Shown: positions 46,655-57,008, counted from the first letter of the stretch. The stretch: DNA of 64,000 bases from GCF_002087085.1 NZ_MWQY01000005.1:1-64000, one strand, 5' to 3'. Program-made: numbers and translations. The notes: generated from the sequence alone by a model not told the origin.

Positions 46655-48970
46655 CTATAAACCCCGGGAATAACTCATAAGGAGAGCCTCCAGGACCGTA
46701 CGTATCTGCTGGTTCTCTTCCCGTTTCAGTCTCCGGTTGATCAGGGGTTCCAGAGTGTCCGGGTCTCCCTCCTCCAAAAAGGGAATCAGGAGTTCGTTGA
46801 TATCTTCATCCGCTGACAGGTCGAAAAGGACCTCCCAGGCATCGTCGCTGTCGCTTTTTACCAGGGCATAGACAATGTCCCGTTTCAGCTCCCGGCCGGG
46901 TTCCTCCTCCAGCAGCGACCTGGCAGCTGATCCGGTTTCCGGGGAAGACATGTCTCCCAGGGCCTTGAGAGCGGCGATACGCACCGGAAGGGAGGCTCCT
47001 TCGCCGTTACCGGCGATTTCCGCCAGGGTGTTTTCCACTCCCGGGGATGAAGCCCCGATGCTGTGAAGGGCCTTCACTGCCTCCTCCTTCAGGCTCTGGT
47101 CCTGTTCGCCCCTGGCGACAAGAAAAAGAACGGAACGTACCTCGTCGTTGATGGTTCCCAGGGCACCAAGTCCCCGGAGGGCATACAGACGCAGTATTGA
47201 GTATTTTGTTCCCCGCATTTTAGCCACAGTAGAGAAGGTCTGCCACAGCAGCATGCTGGGGTGGTCTTCTCCGGCTTTTACCAGTGCCCTGAGGGCATTG
47301 ATGCGCACCTCAAGGGGTTCAGTCTCGCTGGTAACGAGCTTCTGCAGGGCTGTCTGGACACGGAGGTTTCCGGAGACCCCTATCCGGTAGAGTCCCCAGG
47401 TGGCGTTCTTGCGTACCTGAGGAGAAGACGAGGTCAGCAGGCTGAAGAAGGTATTCACCGCCGAAGGGTCGGCGAGCTCAGCGAGCAGCGAGGAGGCCTC
47501 CTTCAGGTAGAGTTCATCCTTGGATGCAGCAATTCCCCGGGCCAGTGAGCTTGCGACCACCTGGGCATTCTGCGCGTACAGGACTTTCATTGCATCCCTG
47601 GCGCTTTCCCGGGTCTCCCGCTCAGGATCTCCCAGATATTCCTGGATATTTACCGCCCCCCGGACCCCGTCGGGATGCTGCCCCAGGGCCTTGATGACCT
47701 CACCGGTCATATCGGGACTGAGGTTCCCTTCCCGAAGCAGTCCCACCATCGTGGGGACCGTGGAGGGATGATTTATATGGTGGGCGGAACGCACGGCAGC
47801 CAATACCACCTTCGTATCTCTGTCGTTCTTCATGGCATTGAGTACCTGTACCGAGGATGCCTGATCGGCATAGAAAGAGAGCCCCCGGATGGCAATGGTC
47901 CTGAAGGAGGGATCAGGATTTTCCAGATACTCCGTCAACAGGGTTGAAATTCTACGGTCAGTGTATCCTCCGGCGGCCATATCGCTGAGACTTCCCAGGA
48001 TTTCCTGTTCTTTTTCCGTACTGATTTCAGACTCTTCACTCTTGAGAATATCGAGCAGGGTATCCGCGCTCTCTTTTCCGCCGATCTTTCCCAGTGCCCG
48101 TATGCACTCAAGGGCCTCGGCATCGCCGGTCTCTTCACTTTTCAGCTTTTCCAGCAGGATCTGCTGGGCGTCGGGGGTCCCGATATTGCCCAGGGCACGG
48201 ATCGCTTCCCTGGAAAAGGTGTCCCGCTGCAGCAGGTCGATCAGGTAGGGAACGGCGGCGTCGGATTTCAGTTTTCCCAGGGTCAGGACAGCAATGAGGG
48301 AGCGTTCGGGATTATCCGCCCTCTGCGGCATGGTTGCGTTTATCAGGGTGCTTTCGAAAATTGCGTAGTCCTCGGGTAAAAGGTTTTCCGGGAGAGGATA
48401 GCCCCTGTCGAGCAGGGTAAAGAGCTCGTCCCTGGCTTCGACAAAATCGGATTCCGCCTGACGCCACTCCTTCTGGTAGGCAAGGTTCAGCCGGGATATA
48501 AGGTCTTCCATGGTGTCCAGGGCCTTGCGGCGGGCAGAGGGAGAAAGGTACAGCCCGTCCTCTCCCATGGCTTCCCGCTCCCTGATAAGGGCGCTGATTC
48601 GGGTGCGATAGTTTATTGTAAGGATTTCCGGAATCGCGCCCTGGGGATCATCAAGGGCGTCCCGTACAGAGCTCAGTTTAGCAAGAGGGAGATAACGGTA
48701 ATTCTCAATCAGAAAATCGAAAATCTCCTGGACCTGAAGAATTTCATCCCGCAGCCGGGATTCCGGAACCAGTTCATCCATGTCTTCCAGACGATCCAGA
48801 CTTCCGTTCTGATTCAGATCGATATAACCCTGGCGCAGTTCCGGAAAAATGGTACCCAGCCGGGAACCCAGGGTATTGTCCACTATTCGGGGAGCTGCAA
48901 AGGCGTTCTGGAGTCCCGGAACAAGGATAAAAAGAAAGATTATCTGGAGTATCTTCAGGGTATTTCTCAT
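46655..48970 (-). CDS. Exported HEAT-repeat protein
   Basis: Signal peptide; many repeats of the AIRALGxIG type. Confidence 0.8.
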   Translation of the reverse strand: MRNTLKILQIIFLFILVPGLQNAFAAPRIVDNTLGSRLGTIFPELRQGYIDLNQNGSLDRLEDMDELVPESRLRDEILQVQEIFDFLIENYRYLPLAKLSSVRDALDDPQGAIPEILTINYRTRISALIREREAMGEDGLYLSPSARRKALDTMEDLISRLNLAYQKEWRQAESDFVEARDELFTLLDRGYPLPENLLPEDYAIFESTLINATMPQRADNPERSLIAVLTLGKLKSDAAVPYLIDLLQRDTFSREAIRALGNIGTPDAQQILLEKLKSEETGDAEALECIRALGKIGGKESADTLLDILKSEESEISTEKEQEILGSLSDMAAGGYTDRRISTLLTEYLENPDPSFRTIAIRGLSFYADQASSVQVLNAMKNDRDTKVVLAAVRSAHHINHPSTVPTMVGLLREGNLSPDMTGEVIKALGQHPDGVRGAVNIQEYLGDPERETRESARDAMKVLYAQNAQVVASSLARGIAASKDELYLKEASSLLAELADPSAVNTFFSLLTSSSPQVRKNATWGLYRIGVSGNLRVQTALQKLVTSETEPLEVRINALRALVKAGEDHPSMLLWQTFSTVAKMRGTKYSILRLYALRGLGALGTINDEVRSVLFLVARGEQDQSLKEEAVKALHSIGASSPGVENTLAEIAGNGEGASLPVRIAALKALGDMSSPETGSAARSLLEEEPGRELKRDIVYALVKSDSDDAWEVLFDLSADEDINELLIPFLEEGDPDTLEPLINRRLKREENQQIRTVLEALLMSYSRGL

Positions 48971-48992
48971 AGGCTCAATCCTAATTCAGAGA

Positions 48993-51209
48993 TTACGGGG
49001 GTGTCAATTCAAATAAATTTATATCCTCCGAGTATTCCCGGGTGTGATGGACGCTGTAATCGCTTCCCATTACCCTGCGGTCTTCGAAGGGGCCGGAAAA
49101 AACAGCCCGTACGCGCATGGTCCGGACCGTTCCTGCAAGAAAGATTGTATCCAGTTCAAGGGGGACCGGCGGGTTCCGTCCAATATAAACACGGGCTCGT
49201 GTTCCGTCATCCGAGAGGGTATAGGGATACTGGATATCGTATATCAGGAAATCATCGGTACCGTGGAAGGTGATTTCGAGACTGTCCGGTTGTTTTTCGC
49301 TGGAAAAGGAGATCCTGAAGCGGTCCCGGTCCAGGAAACGCTCCAGGTTTATGGATGTGGTAAGCAGGGGAGTGTCGTAGCTGCTCTCAAAAACAGCTTT
49401 CCGGGTATTGAATACCAGATCCTGACTGCCATCTTCTTCAAAGAGCAGCAGGGAACGGATGGGTGCCGGACTTGAAACGCTGGTTACCCGCAGCATGCTT
49501 TCGGCTGAAATCTTTTCCGTTACCCGTACCGGCTGGGGGCTTGAACCGGAGTAGGGGTCGTACCCCAGGATGTAGAGAAAGCTGATAAAGCTTATGGAGA
49601 GAGTGATAATGCCGGCGTTAATGAGGATCCTTTTCTGTGTGCTCATGGAAGGATGACGAAAAAGAAAATCCAGACGAATAAGCATCAGGAGATAGGGCAG
49701 TATCAGCAGGGAGAGAAACAGGTTTCCCCACAGAGGTGAAAGAAGCAGATATTCAATCACCCTGGTCGCCTGTTCCGCGAAGACGTTATGGAAAACCAGC
49801 AGCACCGGAACGGTGGAGAGAACAAGCATCAGGGTCTTAATCAGCCGTGAAGGGACAATGCTGAAGAGAAAGGAGAACCCGAAGGCCCACAGCAGGGGAG
49901 CCGTCATGGAGATGTCGAGACTGGTCAGAATCATAATCGAGAACATGAAAAACAGCAGGGCAGAGGATGTATAGAAGGATGAGCTGTGAGAAAAGGGCAG
50001 CCGGCGCAGGAGTCCGAAGAGAAGAAAAAAAAGCACCATGGCTACACCGCTTTTGATGAGGAAGGCGGTAAAAGGTGTGTATTGCCATATGGTCGGAAAA
50101 TCCCGCACAATAAGGAGCCCCTTGAGGGCATAGGTCCCGATGAGCAGAAACAGGAAAATCAGGGACAGCAGAACCGGGATCGCCCATATATTTCGGCGAA
50201 TTGTCCGTAAATAGCGCTGGAACCGGCGGGTCCGGAAAAACGGGTATCCCAGGGGCAGAATTATTACCCCCAGCAGAAAGGTTATATACTCACCTTCACC
50301 AATGGAAAAAGGGGCCCCCAGTACATCAAAGTAGAGGTAGTGCCGATCCCAGACCTGCGAAAATCCTCCGGAGTTTTCCTCCATAAAAAAGAAGAAAAAT
50401 GAAAAAAAACTGGTGATCCACCGGATGGTATTCTTTGCTTCCGGAGCAGCCTCTCCCTGCAGGGTGATGCCGGGATACCCGGCCTGCAGGTACGGATTGA
50501 TCCGGGTCGGACTGTGCCACATTCCAAGTCGATGAATCTGGTTTTCATTGTTCTCAAAATGATAGGCTAGCCCGGACCCCTCCAGGGATGCGATAGTCCT
50601 CCCGACAAGCCAGTAGGGGGCGACAATGCCCTCTCCTCCCGCCTGGATCAGGATCTCATCGGGAATACCCTTCAGATCCAGATAGAGAAAAGCCTGCGGT
50701 TCTTCGGGAAAAAAATCCGAAAGAAAATTTTCGGAACCGAGCTGAACTTCCTTTTCTCCGCTGAACTCGGCCCCCAGAAAGATAATTCTCAAACCGATGG
50801 GAAGCTCCCTGTTATAAAATTCCCGCGTCAGGGCAAGTCCCAGGGCCAGGTTGATTGAGCCATCCGCTCCGGGTGTACTGCTTCGAGACTGGTCCACGGG
50901 GACCAGGATGTTCAGGGTGTCCGGTTTTTCTCCCGGAATCTCGACAAGCAGGGAAGATGAGAAGGAGTGAGCGTTGTGAAGGTGCGTCAGGGGATTCCGG
51001 GTATAGTCGATCCTGTTGTCGTCAAGTACCGACTCTATATAGAAAAAAGCCGCATTTTCGCCTTTGGCCCCTTCCAGTCTTGGGTAGAGGCTGTTAAAAT
51101 AGGTGAGATCGTTGAGGATCTCCCCCATGGGGGTTCGAATAATGCTTTGACCTGGTAAGGTATATGCCAGTAACAGGAGAAAAACGATCGTTGAAAGAGA
51201 ACGTTTCAT
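48993..51209 (-). CDS. Membrane protein with degenerate M28 peptidase-like extracytoplasmic domain
   Basis: Signal peptide; M28-like order VEIPG...GADGS...IFLGAE...GS...YLDL; about eight TM helices. Confidence 0.6.
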   Translation of the reverse strand: MKRSLSTIVFLLLLAYTLPGQSIIRTPMGEILNDLTYFNSLYPRLEGAKGENAAFFYIESVLDDNRIDYTRNPLTHLHNAHSFSSSLLVEIPGEKPDTLNILVPVDQSRSSTPGADGSINLALGLALTREFYNRELPIGLRIIFLGAEFSGEKEVQLGSENFLSDFFPEEPQAFLYLDLKGIPDEILIQAGGEGIVAPYWLVGRTIASLEGSGLAYHFENNENQIHRLGMWHSPTRINPYLQAGYPGITLQGEAAPEAKNTIRWITSFFSFFFFFMEENSGGFSQVWDRHYLYFDVLGAPFSIGEGEYITFLLGVIILPLGYPFFRTRRFQRYLRTIRRNIWAIPVLLSLIFLFLLIGTYALKGLLIVRDFPTIWQYTPFTAFLIKSGVAMVLFFLLFGLLRRLPFSHSSSFYTSSALLFFMFSIMILTSLDISMTAPLLWAFGFSFLFSIVPSRLIKTLMLVLSTVPVLLVFHNVFAEQATRVIEYLLLSPLWGNLFLSLLILPYLLMLIRLDFLFRHPSMSTQKRILINAGIITLSISFISFLYILGYDPYSGSSPQPVRVTEKISAESMLRVTSVSSPAPIRSLLLFEEDGSQDLVFNTRKAVFESSYDTPLLTTSINLERFLDRDRFRISFSSEKQPDSLEITFHGTDDFLIYDIQYPYTLSDDGTRARVYIGRNPPVPLELDTIFLAGTVRTMRVRAVFSGPFEDRRVMGSDYSVHHTREYSEDINLFELTPP

Positions 51210-51263
51210 CTGCGAAGTAGCATACGGAAAATTGATTTCAATGGTCAAGAGAGAGGATCCGAT

Positions 51264-51773
51264 ATGACCCTGCTTCCCCATATAGAACACCGCGTTACCA
51301 TCCGGAATTTTACCGGCGAGCCGGTGGTCCAGAAAAGTCTAGACGCAATTCTGGAAGCCGCCCGCCTTTCTCCTTCAGCCAAAAATCGCCAGCCCTGGCG
51401 CTTCGTAGTAATACAGGACAGCGAGGTTCTCAGGCAGATTCAGGATGCCGCCTACAATGAACCCCATGTCTCCTCCGCGCCTGTTCTTATAGCGGCCTGT
51501 ACCACTAACGTAGATTACCGCATGCCCAACGGGCAGGTTTCCTATCCCATAGACATAGCCACTGCTGTGGCCTTCATGATGATCCAGGCGGAGGAGGAGA
51601 AGCTGGGAAGTTCAATTGTAACTACCTTCGACGAGACCCTGGTCAAGGAGATCCTTTCGGTACCCCATTCAATGCGGGTCGTGATGCTTCTTGCCCTGGG
51701 GCATCCAGAACATCGGCCGCTGCGTCCTCCCAGAAGAGCAGCGGATCAGATAGTCTCCTATAACCACTGGTAG
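51264..51773 (+). CDS. Nitroreductase family protein
   Basis: RVTIRNF, SPSAKNRQPW and LALGHP motifs. Confidence 0.9.
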   Translation: MTLLPHIEHRVTIRNFTGEPVVQKSLDAILEAARLSPSAKNRQPWRFVVIQDSEVLRQIQDAAYNEPHVSSAPVLIAACTTNVDYRMPNGQVSYPIDIATAVAFMMIQAEEEKLGSSIVTTFDETLVKEILSVPHSMRVVMLLALGHPEHRPLRPPRRAADQIVSYNHW

Positions 51774-51775
51774 CC

Positions 51776-52888
51776 CTAGACTGATCCGCCCGGGTTCATG
51801 ATGGAATAGACGCATCGGCTTCTCTTTTCGAAGCGCTCCCTGCCCAGTTCAATCATTTCCCGAATCAGCTCTGAATAGGGGAGACCTCCGGCCTCGCACA
51901 TTCGGGGGAACATGCTGATGCTGGTAAATCCCGGTATGGTATTGATCTCGTTCAGGAATATTCCGCCCCTGTCACGATCCACAAAAAAATCGACCCGTGC
52001 CATGCCTTCGACTCCGGCGGTCCTGTAGGCTTCCTCGGCAATCCGGCGCACTTCGGCAGCCGTTTCATCGTCAATGTCCGCCGGGAGCAGGAGGGCAGCG
52101 CCGTCGGGATCGATGTACTTCGCCTCGTAGTCGTAAAAACTGTGGCTGGGGAGGATCTCCCCCGGCGGAAAGCTGCGGGTATGAAAATTGCCGATTACCG
52201 AACACTCGATCTCCCGGCCGTTGACTGCGGGCTCCACCAGGGCGGCGGTGTCATACCGGAGGGCATCCTCGAGGGCCGTATTCAAAGCATCCCAGCCTTC
52301 CACCCTGGAAACTCCAACGGAGGAGCCGGCCCGTACAGGTTTTATAAAGAGGGGCGGGGTAAAGCTGTCCTTAAGCTGTTTCAGTTTTTCATCCCAGAGA
52401 TCGGAGGAGGAGAACGCATCCCCATCAACCCTGATAAAGGGGACAACCGGCAGTCCCCGGGCAGCCCAGATTTCCTTGGCAGCAGCCTTGTCCATGGATA
52501 GGGAACTGCCAAGGATCCCGGCACCCACATAGGGCAGATTGCAGATTTCCAGGAGCCCCTGGACGGTGCCGTCTTCTCCGTTTGTACCATGGAGGACCGG
52601 AAAGACGACATCTATATCCAGCTGCCGTCCTTTGCAGATGAGGCCGGTTCCGGGAAGGGCGGATACCAGGGCTTCCTCATCTTCTGCAAGGGGCAGAATC
52701 TCGGTATCCCCGGGGATGTCTGTTTCAGGCTGCAGGTACCAGCGGCCGTCCCTGCTTATACCAATTAAAAGAGGTACATAGATGCTGCGGTCGATATGAT
52801 GGTACACCGAACAGGCGGAGCGGAGGGAAACCTCGTGCTCACCGGATTTACCACCGTACAGAATAGCAATAACCTCTTTTTTTGACAT
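51776..52888 (-). CDS. ddl: D-alanine--D-alanine ligase
   Basis: GGKSGEHEVS, HGTNGEDG, GSSVG, YDYEAKY and EINTIPG motifs. Confidence 0.96.
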   Translation of the reverse strand: MSKKEVIAILYGGKSGEHEVSLRSACSVYHHIDRSIYVPLLIGISRDGRWYLQPETDIPGDTEILPLAEDEEALVSALPGTGLICKGRQLDIDVVFPVLHGTNGEDGTVQGLLEICNLPYVGAGILGSSLSMDKAAAKEIWAARGLPVVPFIRVDGDAFSSSDLWDEKLKQLKDSFTPPLFIKPVRAGSSVGVSRVEGWDALNTALEDALRYDTAALVEPAVNGREIECSVIGNFHTRSFPPGEILPSHSFYDYEAKYIDPDGAALLLPADIDDETAAEVRRIAEEAYRTAGVEGMARVDFFVDRDRGGIFLNEINTIPGFTSISMFPRMCEAGGLPYSELIREMIELGRERFEKRSRCVYSIMNPGGSV

Positions 52889-52985
52889 TCCAAGTACCTC
52901 CTGATGTATGAGAACCTGTAATAAAATGATACATGATCCCGTGAATAAATCCTACCACGGAAGAGAAAGCCGGGTAAACACGGTT

Positions 52986-53303
52986 TCAGCTGTTCTGCAT
53001 TTTTCGGGGGTTCCATCGATACGTGAGCATATCTACCCGGCCGGCTGGGGCCGGGACGCCTTCGGCTTCCAGCAGGGAGATCTGTTCCTCCCGGCCATCC
53101 CCGGATCTGAGGGCTATGCACCCGTCAACCCTGAGAACCCGGTGCCAGGGAAGGTCGTACTTTCGGCTGGATGAACGCAGAATCCACACAACTCCCCGGG
53201 CTCCCCGGGGATTCCCCGCCATTATGGCGATCTGCCCGTAGCTCGCGACACTGCCCCGGGGAATGGAGCGGACAATATCGATGACCGCGGAGCTGAAACT
53301 CAT
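52986..53303 (-). CDS. Alkyltransferase-like protein (MGMT family, PWHRV)
   Basis: SYGQIA, ARGV and LPWHRV motifs. Confidence 0.88.
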   Translation of the reverse strand: MSFSSAVIDIVRSIPRGSVASYGQIAIMAGNPRGARGVVWILRSSSRKYDLPWHRVLRVDGCIALRSGDGREEQISLLEAEGVPAPAGRVDMLTYRWNPRKMQNS

Positions 53304-54832
53304 CTATAACCCAAACCTTCGAGGGCATCGATCAGGGCCTGTTCTTCGTCCCAGGGGCGGGGACCATCGGCATAGATAATGGAACCTTCGTGACCCTTGC
53401 CAAGGCAGACCAGGAGGTCCCCGGACTTCGCCATGGTACAGGCCCGGGAGATCGCCTCCCTGCGGTCGGGAATGAGGAAGAGGTTCTCCCCCCGGGCTTT
53501 TCCCTCGCAGCCTGCGGCGATCTCTTCAAGAATGGAGACCGGGTCTTCCCCCCGGGGATCTTCGTCGCAGAGAAAGACCATGTCGCAGTACTGCGAGGCG
53601 ATGCGTCCCTGAATCGCTCGCTTTTCACGGTCCCGCTCTCCCGCTGAGCCGAAGAGGGCGATCAGGCGTCCCCGGCAGCGTTCCCTGAGCAGGGGAAGGA
53701 GCTTTTCAAAGGCTCCGGGACTGTGGGCGTAATCGACCAGAGCGCTAAAGGGCTGACCCCTGCGGACCGCCTGCATCCTACCCCGGACCGCCTGAAGCCC
53801 GGGAAGGAGGGGAATGAGCTCTTCCAGGGGTTTTCTCAGCATCTCTCCAGCCGCGATGAGGGCGGCAAGGGCGTTGTCCACGTTAAAGAGTCCCTGGAGC
53901 CTGAGAAAGCAGGGCCGGCTTTCTCCCTGATGGTGCAGGCTGAAGCGTATACCTTCTTCGTCTTCATGAATGTCCGCGGCCCTGTAGTCGGCTTCCGGAG
54001 TATTGCTTCCATAGAGTACGACCCGGCTTCCTTCGGCGGCTTCCACAAACCTGGGCAGATAGTGTTCCGCCGCGGGAAGTACCGCCGTGGGTCCGACGGA
54101 ATGACTTTCCGACAGGGAGGCCATAAGCCGGGACTTGTCCTTTACATACTGCTCCATGGTTCCGTGGAACTCCAGGTGTTCGTGACTGATGTTTGTCAGA
54201 ATCCCCAGGTTGAAATCAACATCCCCCAGGCGGTTATTCCGGGGAGAGAGTCCATGGGACGTGGCTTCCACGACCGCGTAGTCGCAGCCCCGGTCAGCCA
54301 TTTCCCGGAGCAGACGATGGACCTCCGGCGGTTCCGGGGTGGACTGACGAAAAGCGTTCTTGCTCAGTTCCTCGCCGTTGTGAAACTCAACGGTGGAAAG
54401 GAAACCGCAGCGGAAACCGGCGGCGGCAATAAGCTGGCGAAGATACGATACGGTGGAACTTTTGCCGTCCGTCCCGGTAACCCCTGCGACTATCATCTGT
54501 CGTGACGGGTGTTCGTAAAAAGCCGCTGCCATGGAGGACATGCTGGTTCTGGAATTCTCCACCCGGAGATAGCAGATTTCCGGGTCATATGAATCAAGGG
54601 GGCTGCTGTGAACTATAACCCGGGCACCCATTTCTATGGCCCTGGGAATGTAGCTGTGGCCGTCGGTATGAACCCCGGGGAGGGCGAAAAAGAGGAAGTC
54701 CTCTTCCACTTCCCGGGAATCATAGGCCATCCCCCGGACCTCAGGATTTTCCGGGCCCCGGCTGTCGAGGATGTTGTCAGGAGATACGAAGTCTGATACT
54801 CTTTTTTTGGCTCTTGCAGTGGGATTTTTCAC
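53300..54832 (-). CDS. murE: MurE UDP-MurNAc-dipeptide:diamino acid ligase
   Basis: GVTGTDGKSS, EATSH, HEHLEFH, VDYAH, FGSAGERD, DEDPR and GKGHE motifs. Confidence 0.95.
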   Translation of the reverse strand: MKNPTARAKKRVSDFVSPDNILDSRGPENPEVRGMAYDSREVEEDFLFFALPGVHTDGHSYIPRAIEMGARVIVHSSPLDSYDPEICYLRVENSRTSMSSMAAAFYEHPSRQMIVAGVTGTDGKSSTVSYLRQLIAAAGFRCGFLSTVEFHNGEELSKNAFRQSTPEPPEVHRLLREMADRGCDYAVVEATSHGLSPRNNRLGDVDFNLGILTNISHEHLEFHGTMEQYVKDKSRLMASLSESHSVGPTAVLPAAEHYLPRFVEAAEGSRVVLYGSNTPEADYRAADIHEDEEGIRFSLHHQGESRPCFLRLQGLFNVDNALAALIAAGEMLRKPLEELIPLLPGLQAVRGRMQAVRRGQPFSALVDYAHSPGAFEKLLPLLRERCRGRLIALFGSAGERDREKRAIQGRIASQYCDMVFLCDEDPRGEDPVSILEEIAAGCEGKARGENLFLIPDRREAISRACTMAKSGDLLVCLGKGHEGSIIYADGPRPWDEEQALIDALEGLGYR

Positions 54833-54967
54833 GACTTTACAGACTCCTTTTTACACGAATCCGACCAGGGAATTTTGTACAGTCTAACCCGGAGATGCGT
54901 CGACGGACAAGCGGCGCGAATTAAGAAGCACAGGTGCCACAAATAGAGTTCAGAGGCCAGAAACAGG

Positions 54968-55333
54968 ATGTATCAGTTACGAATCAACGGAGACTTCGCC
55001 GCCGCTCATTTCCTGAAAAATTATCACGGAAAATGCGAGAACCTTCACGGCCACAACTACAAGGTCCGGGTATATCTTTCCGGGAGCCGGCTCGATGCCG
55101 GTGGAATGCTCATCGACTTCGGTATAGTAAAAGGCCACTTAAAGGAAGTCCTTGCCGGTCTGGACCACAGCAATCTGAACGAGCACCCCTTTTTCAGTTC
55201 CGGGAACCCCAGCGCCGAACTTATTGCCCGCTACATCTATGAAGAGATGGCCCCCAGAATACCCTCTGTTCATCTGGACAGGGTGGAAGTATTTGAAACC
55301 GAGAACAATGTAGCCTCCTATCTGCCGGACTGA
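54968..55333 (+). CDS. queD: 6-carboxy-5,6,7,8-tetrahydropterin synthase (QueD/PTPS family)
   Basis: FAAAH, CENLHGHNY, LDHSNLN, PSAE and VFET motifs. Confidence 0.9.
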   Translation: MYQLRINGDFAAAHFLKNYHGKCENLHGHNYKVRVYLSGSRLDAGGMLIDFGIVKGHLKEVLAGLDHSNLNEHPFFSSGNPSAELIARYIYEEMAPRIPSVHLDRVEVFETENNVASYLPD

Positions 55334-55337
55334 TCTG

Positions 55338-57008
55338 ATGCCCGCGGCGGACCTTTCTTCGGACTATCTTAAACGACAGCTGATCGCCTATATAGGAAAC
55401 AAGAGGCGGCTTCTGCCCTCTCTGCACCGGCTCTTTCTGCGTCTGGAGGACCGGCACCCCATACACGACATGCTGGACCCCTTTGCCGGAAGCGGCGCCG
55501 TGTCGCGTCTCGGCCGCGCCATGGGGTACCGGGTTCATGCAAACGACTGGGAGGAGTACAGCAGGATAATAAACCGGGTGTATCTGAGACTCACACCCGC
55601 AGGGTCTGCCGGTCTCTTTTCCCGTTACGGAGGTCTCGAGAAGCTCCTTGCCCGGCTGAATACCGATACAGCGGAAGCCGGGGAGACCTGTTTTTCCCTG
55701 TACTACGCCCCCCGGTCTACGGAAAACGCGGATTATCGCACCGAGCGGCTCTTCTATACCCGGGAAAATGCCCTGTTCATTGACCGGGTACGGAGCTGGA
55801 TTGAACGGGAGTATCCGATCGAGGAGATGGATGACGGGAAGAGTCTGGATGAACGGGAACTTCTGATCGCTCTGCTCCTTTACGAGGCGGCAACCCACGC
55901 CAATACCTCCGGGGTATTCAAAGCCTTCCACAAGGGCTTCGGCGGTCATGGCTCCGATGCCCTCAAACGTATCATGGCCCCCATGAAACTTGAGTGTCCT
56001 GTGCTCATCGAGGGGCCCGAAGGAGAGGTCGGTTCCAGCGATGCGGCCGAATGGGTCCGCGGCAAAAGCGCAGATCTCTGTTACCTGGATCCGCCATATA
56101 CCATTCACCAGTACGGAAGTAATTATCATATTCTGAATACCCTTGCCCGCTGGGACCGGCCGGAGGTTCCCCTGGAACTGGGAAAAGACGGGCGTCTGAA
56201 ACGAAAGGCGGGCATCCGTGAAGACTGGGTACGGACCCGGAGCGCCTACTGCATAAAAAAAACAGCTGCGGCTGCTCTCAAGAATCTGCTCGCCGGAACC
56301 GACTCCCGCTACATTGTTCTGAGCTATAACAGCGACGGCATAATCTCCTTCGACGAGCTTTGTGATCTTCTATCCGAGAGAGGCCGCCTCTCTGTTTTTG
56401 CCGATGATTACGTTCAGTACCGGGGAGGCAGGCAGGGGCTGAACAGAAGGAACCTCACAACCGAGTTTCAGCTCGTGGTGGAGAGTACCGGGAGACACTC
56501 TTCCCGGGACACGGAAAAGATCCGCCGGTTTATCAGAATGCAGGAGCTTGGACAGCTGCTGCAGGGAGGATTTCATCCCGGACGACTTGAAGAGACGGGA
56601 CTCGTAAAGGGGGGAGTACTTCTTCTTGGAAGCGTCGGAAAAGTTGCAGTTCCTGTCAGGGGCGGATTCAAACCGGATTTGTCTGCCCTTGGCCGGAAGG
56701 ATTTTCATTACCTCGACGATGATGAGCTGGAAACATGCCTGGGGCTCCTTAAATCTGCTTCTTTTACGGACAACCTGGAGGAGGCTGAGGTACTGCTTTC
56801 CCTGGTTGACGGATCAGGGGAGAATAACGGAGAACTCCGCTTCCTGGAGGAGCGCTTTTTTCTGCTTCTTAAAAAGCTGGCCCATAAAAAATATCGTGAT
56901 ATTTACAAAGATATTTATTCCCGGGCTTTAAAAATCATGTCAGGCGAAAGGGCTCTTGAAAAACTTCGAGCCCTTAACGAGGTAGCCCTGCGGCGTTTCA
57001 GCGGTTGA
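55338..57008 (+). CDS. N6-adenine DNA methyltransferase (alpha/D12 class), orphan
   Basis: YIGNKRRL, DPFAGSG (motif I), YLDPPY (motif IV) and LSYN; C-terminal extension. Confidence 0.88.
   Translation: MPAADLSSDYLKRQLIAYIGNKRRLLPSLHRLFLRLEDRHPIHDMLDPFAGSGAVSRLGRAMGYRVHANDWEEYSRIINRVYLRLTPAGSAGLFSRYGGLEKLLARLNTDTAEAGETCFSLYYAPRSTENADYRTERLFYTRENALFIDRVRSWIEREYPIEEMDDGKSLDERELLIALLLYEAATHANTSGVFKAFHKGFGGHGSDALKRIMAPMKLECPVLIEGPEGEVGSSDAAEWVRGKSADLCYLDPPYTIHQYGSNYHILNTLARWDRPEVPLELGKDGRLKRKAGIREDWVRTRSAYCIKKTAAAALKNLLAGTDSRYIVLSYNSDGIISFDELCDLLSERGRLSVFADDYVQYRGGRQGLNRRNLTTEFQLVVESTGRHSSRDTEKIRRFIRMQELGQLLQGGFHPGRLEETGLVKGGVLLLGSVGKVAVPVRGGFKPDLSALGRKDFHYLDDDELETCLGLLKSASFTDNLEEAEVLLSLVDGSGENNGELRFLEERFFLLLKKLAHKKYRDIYKDIYSRALKIMSGERALEKLRALNEVALRRFSG

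Noticed and set aside
54833..54967. PreQ1 riboswitch upstream of queD
   Set aside because: No recognisable preQ1 stem or A-rich tail.
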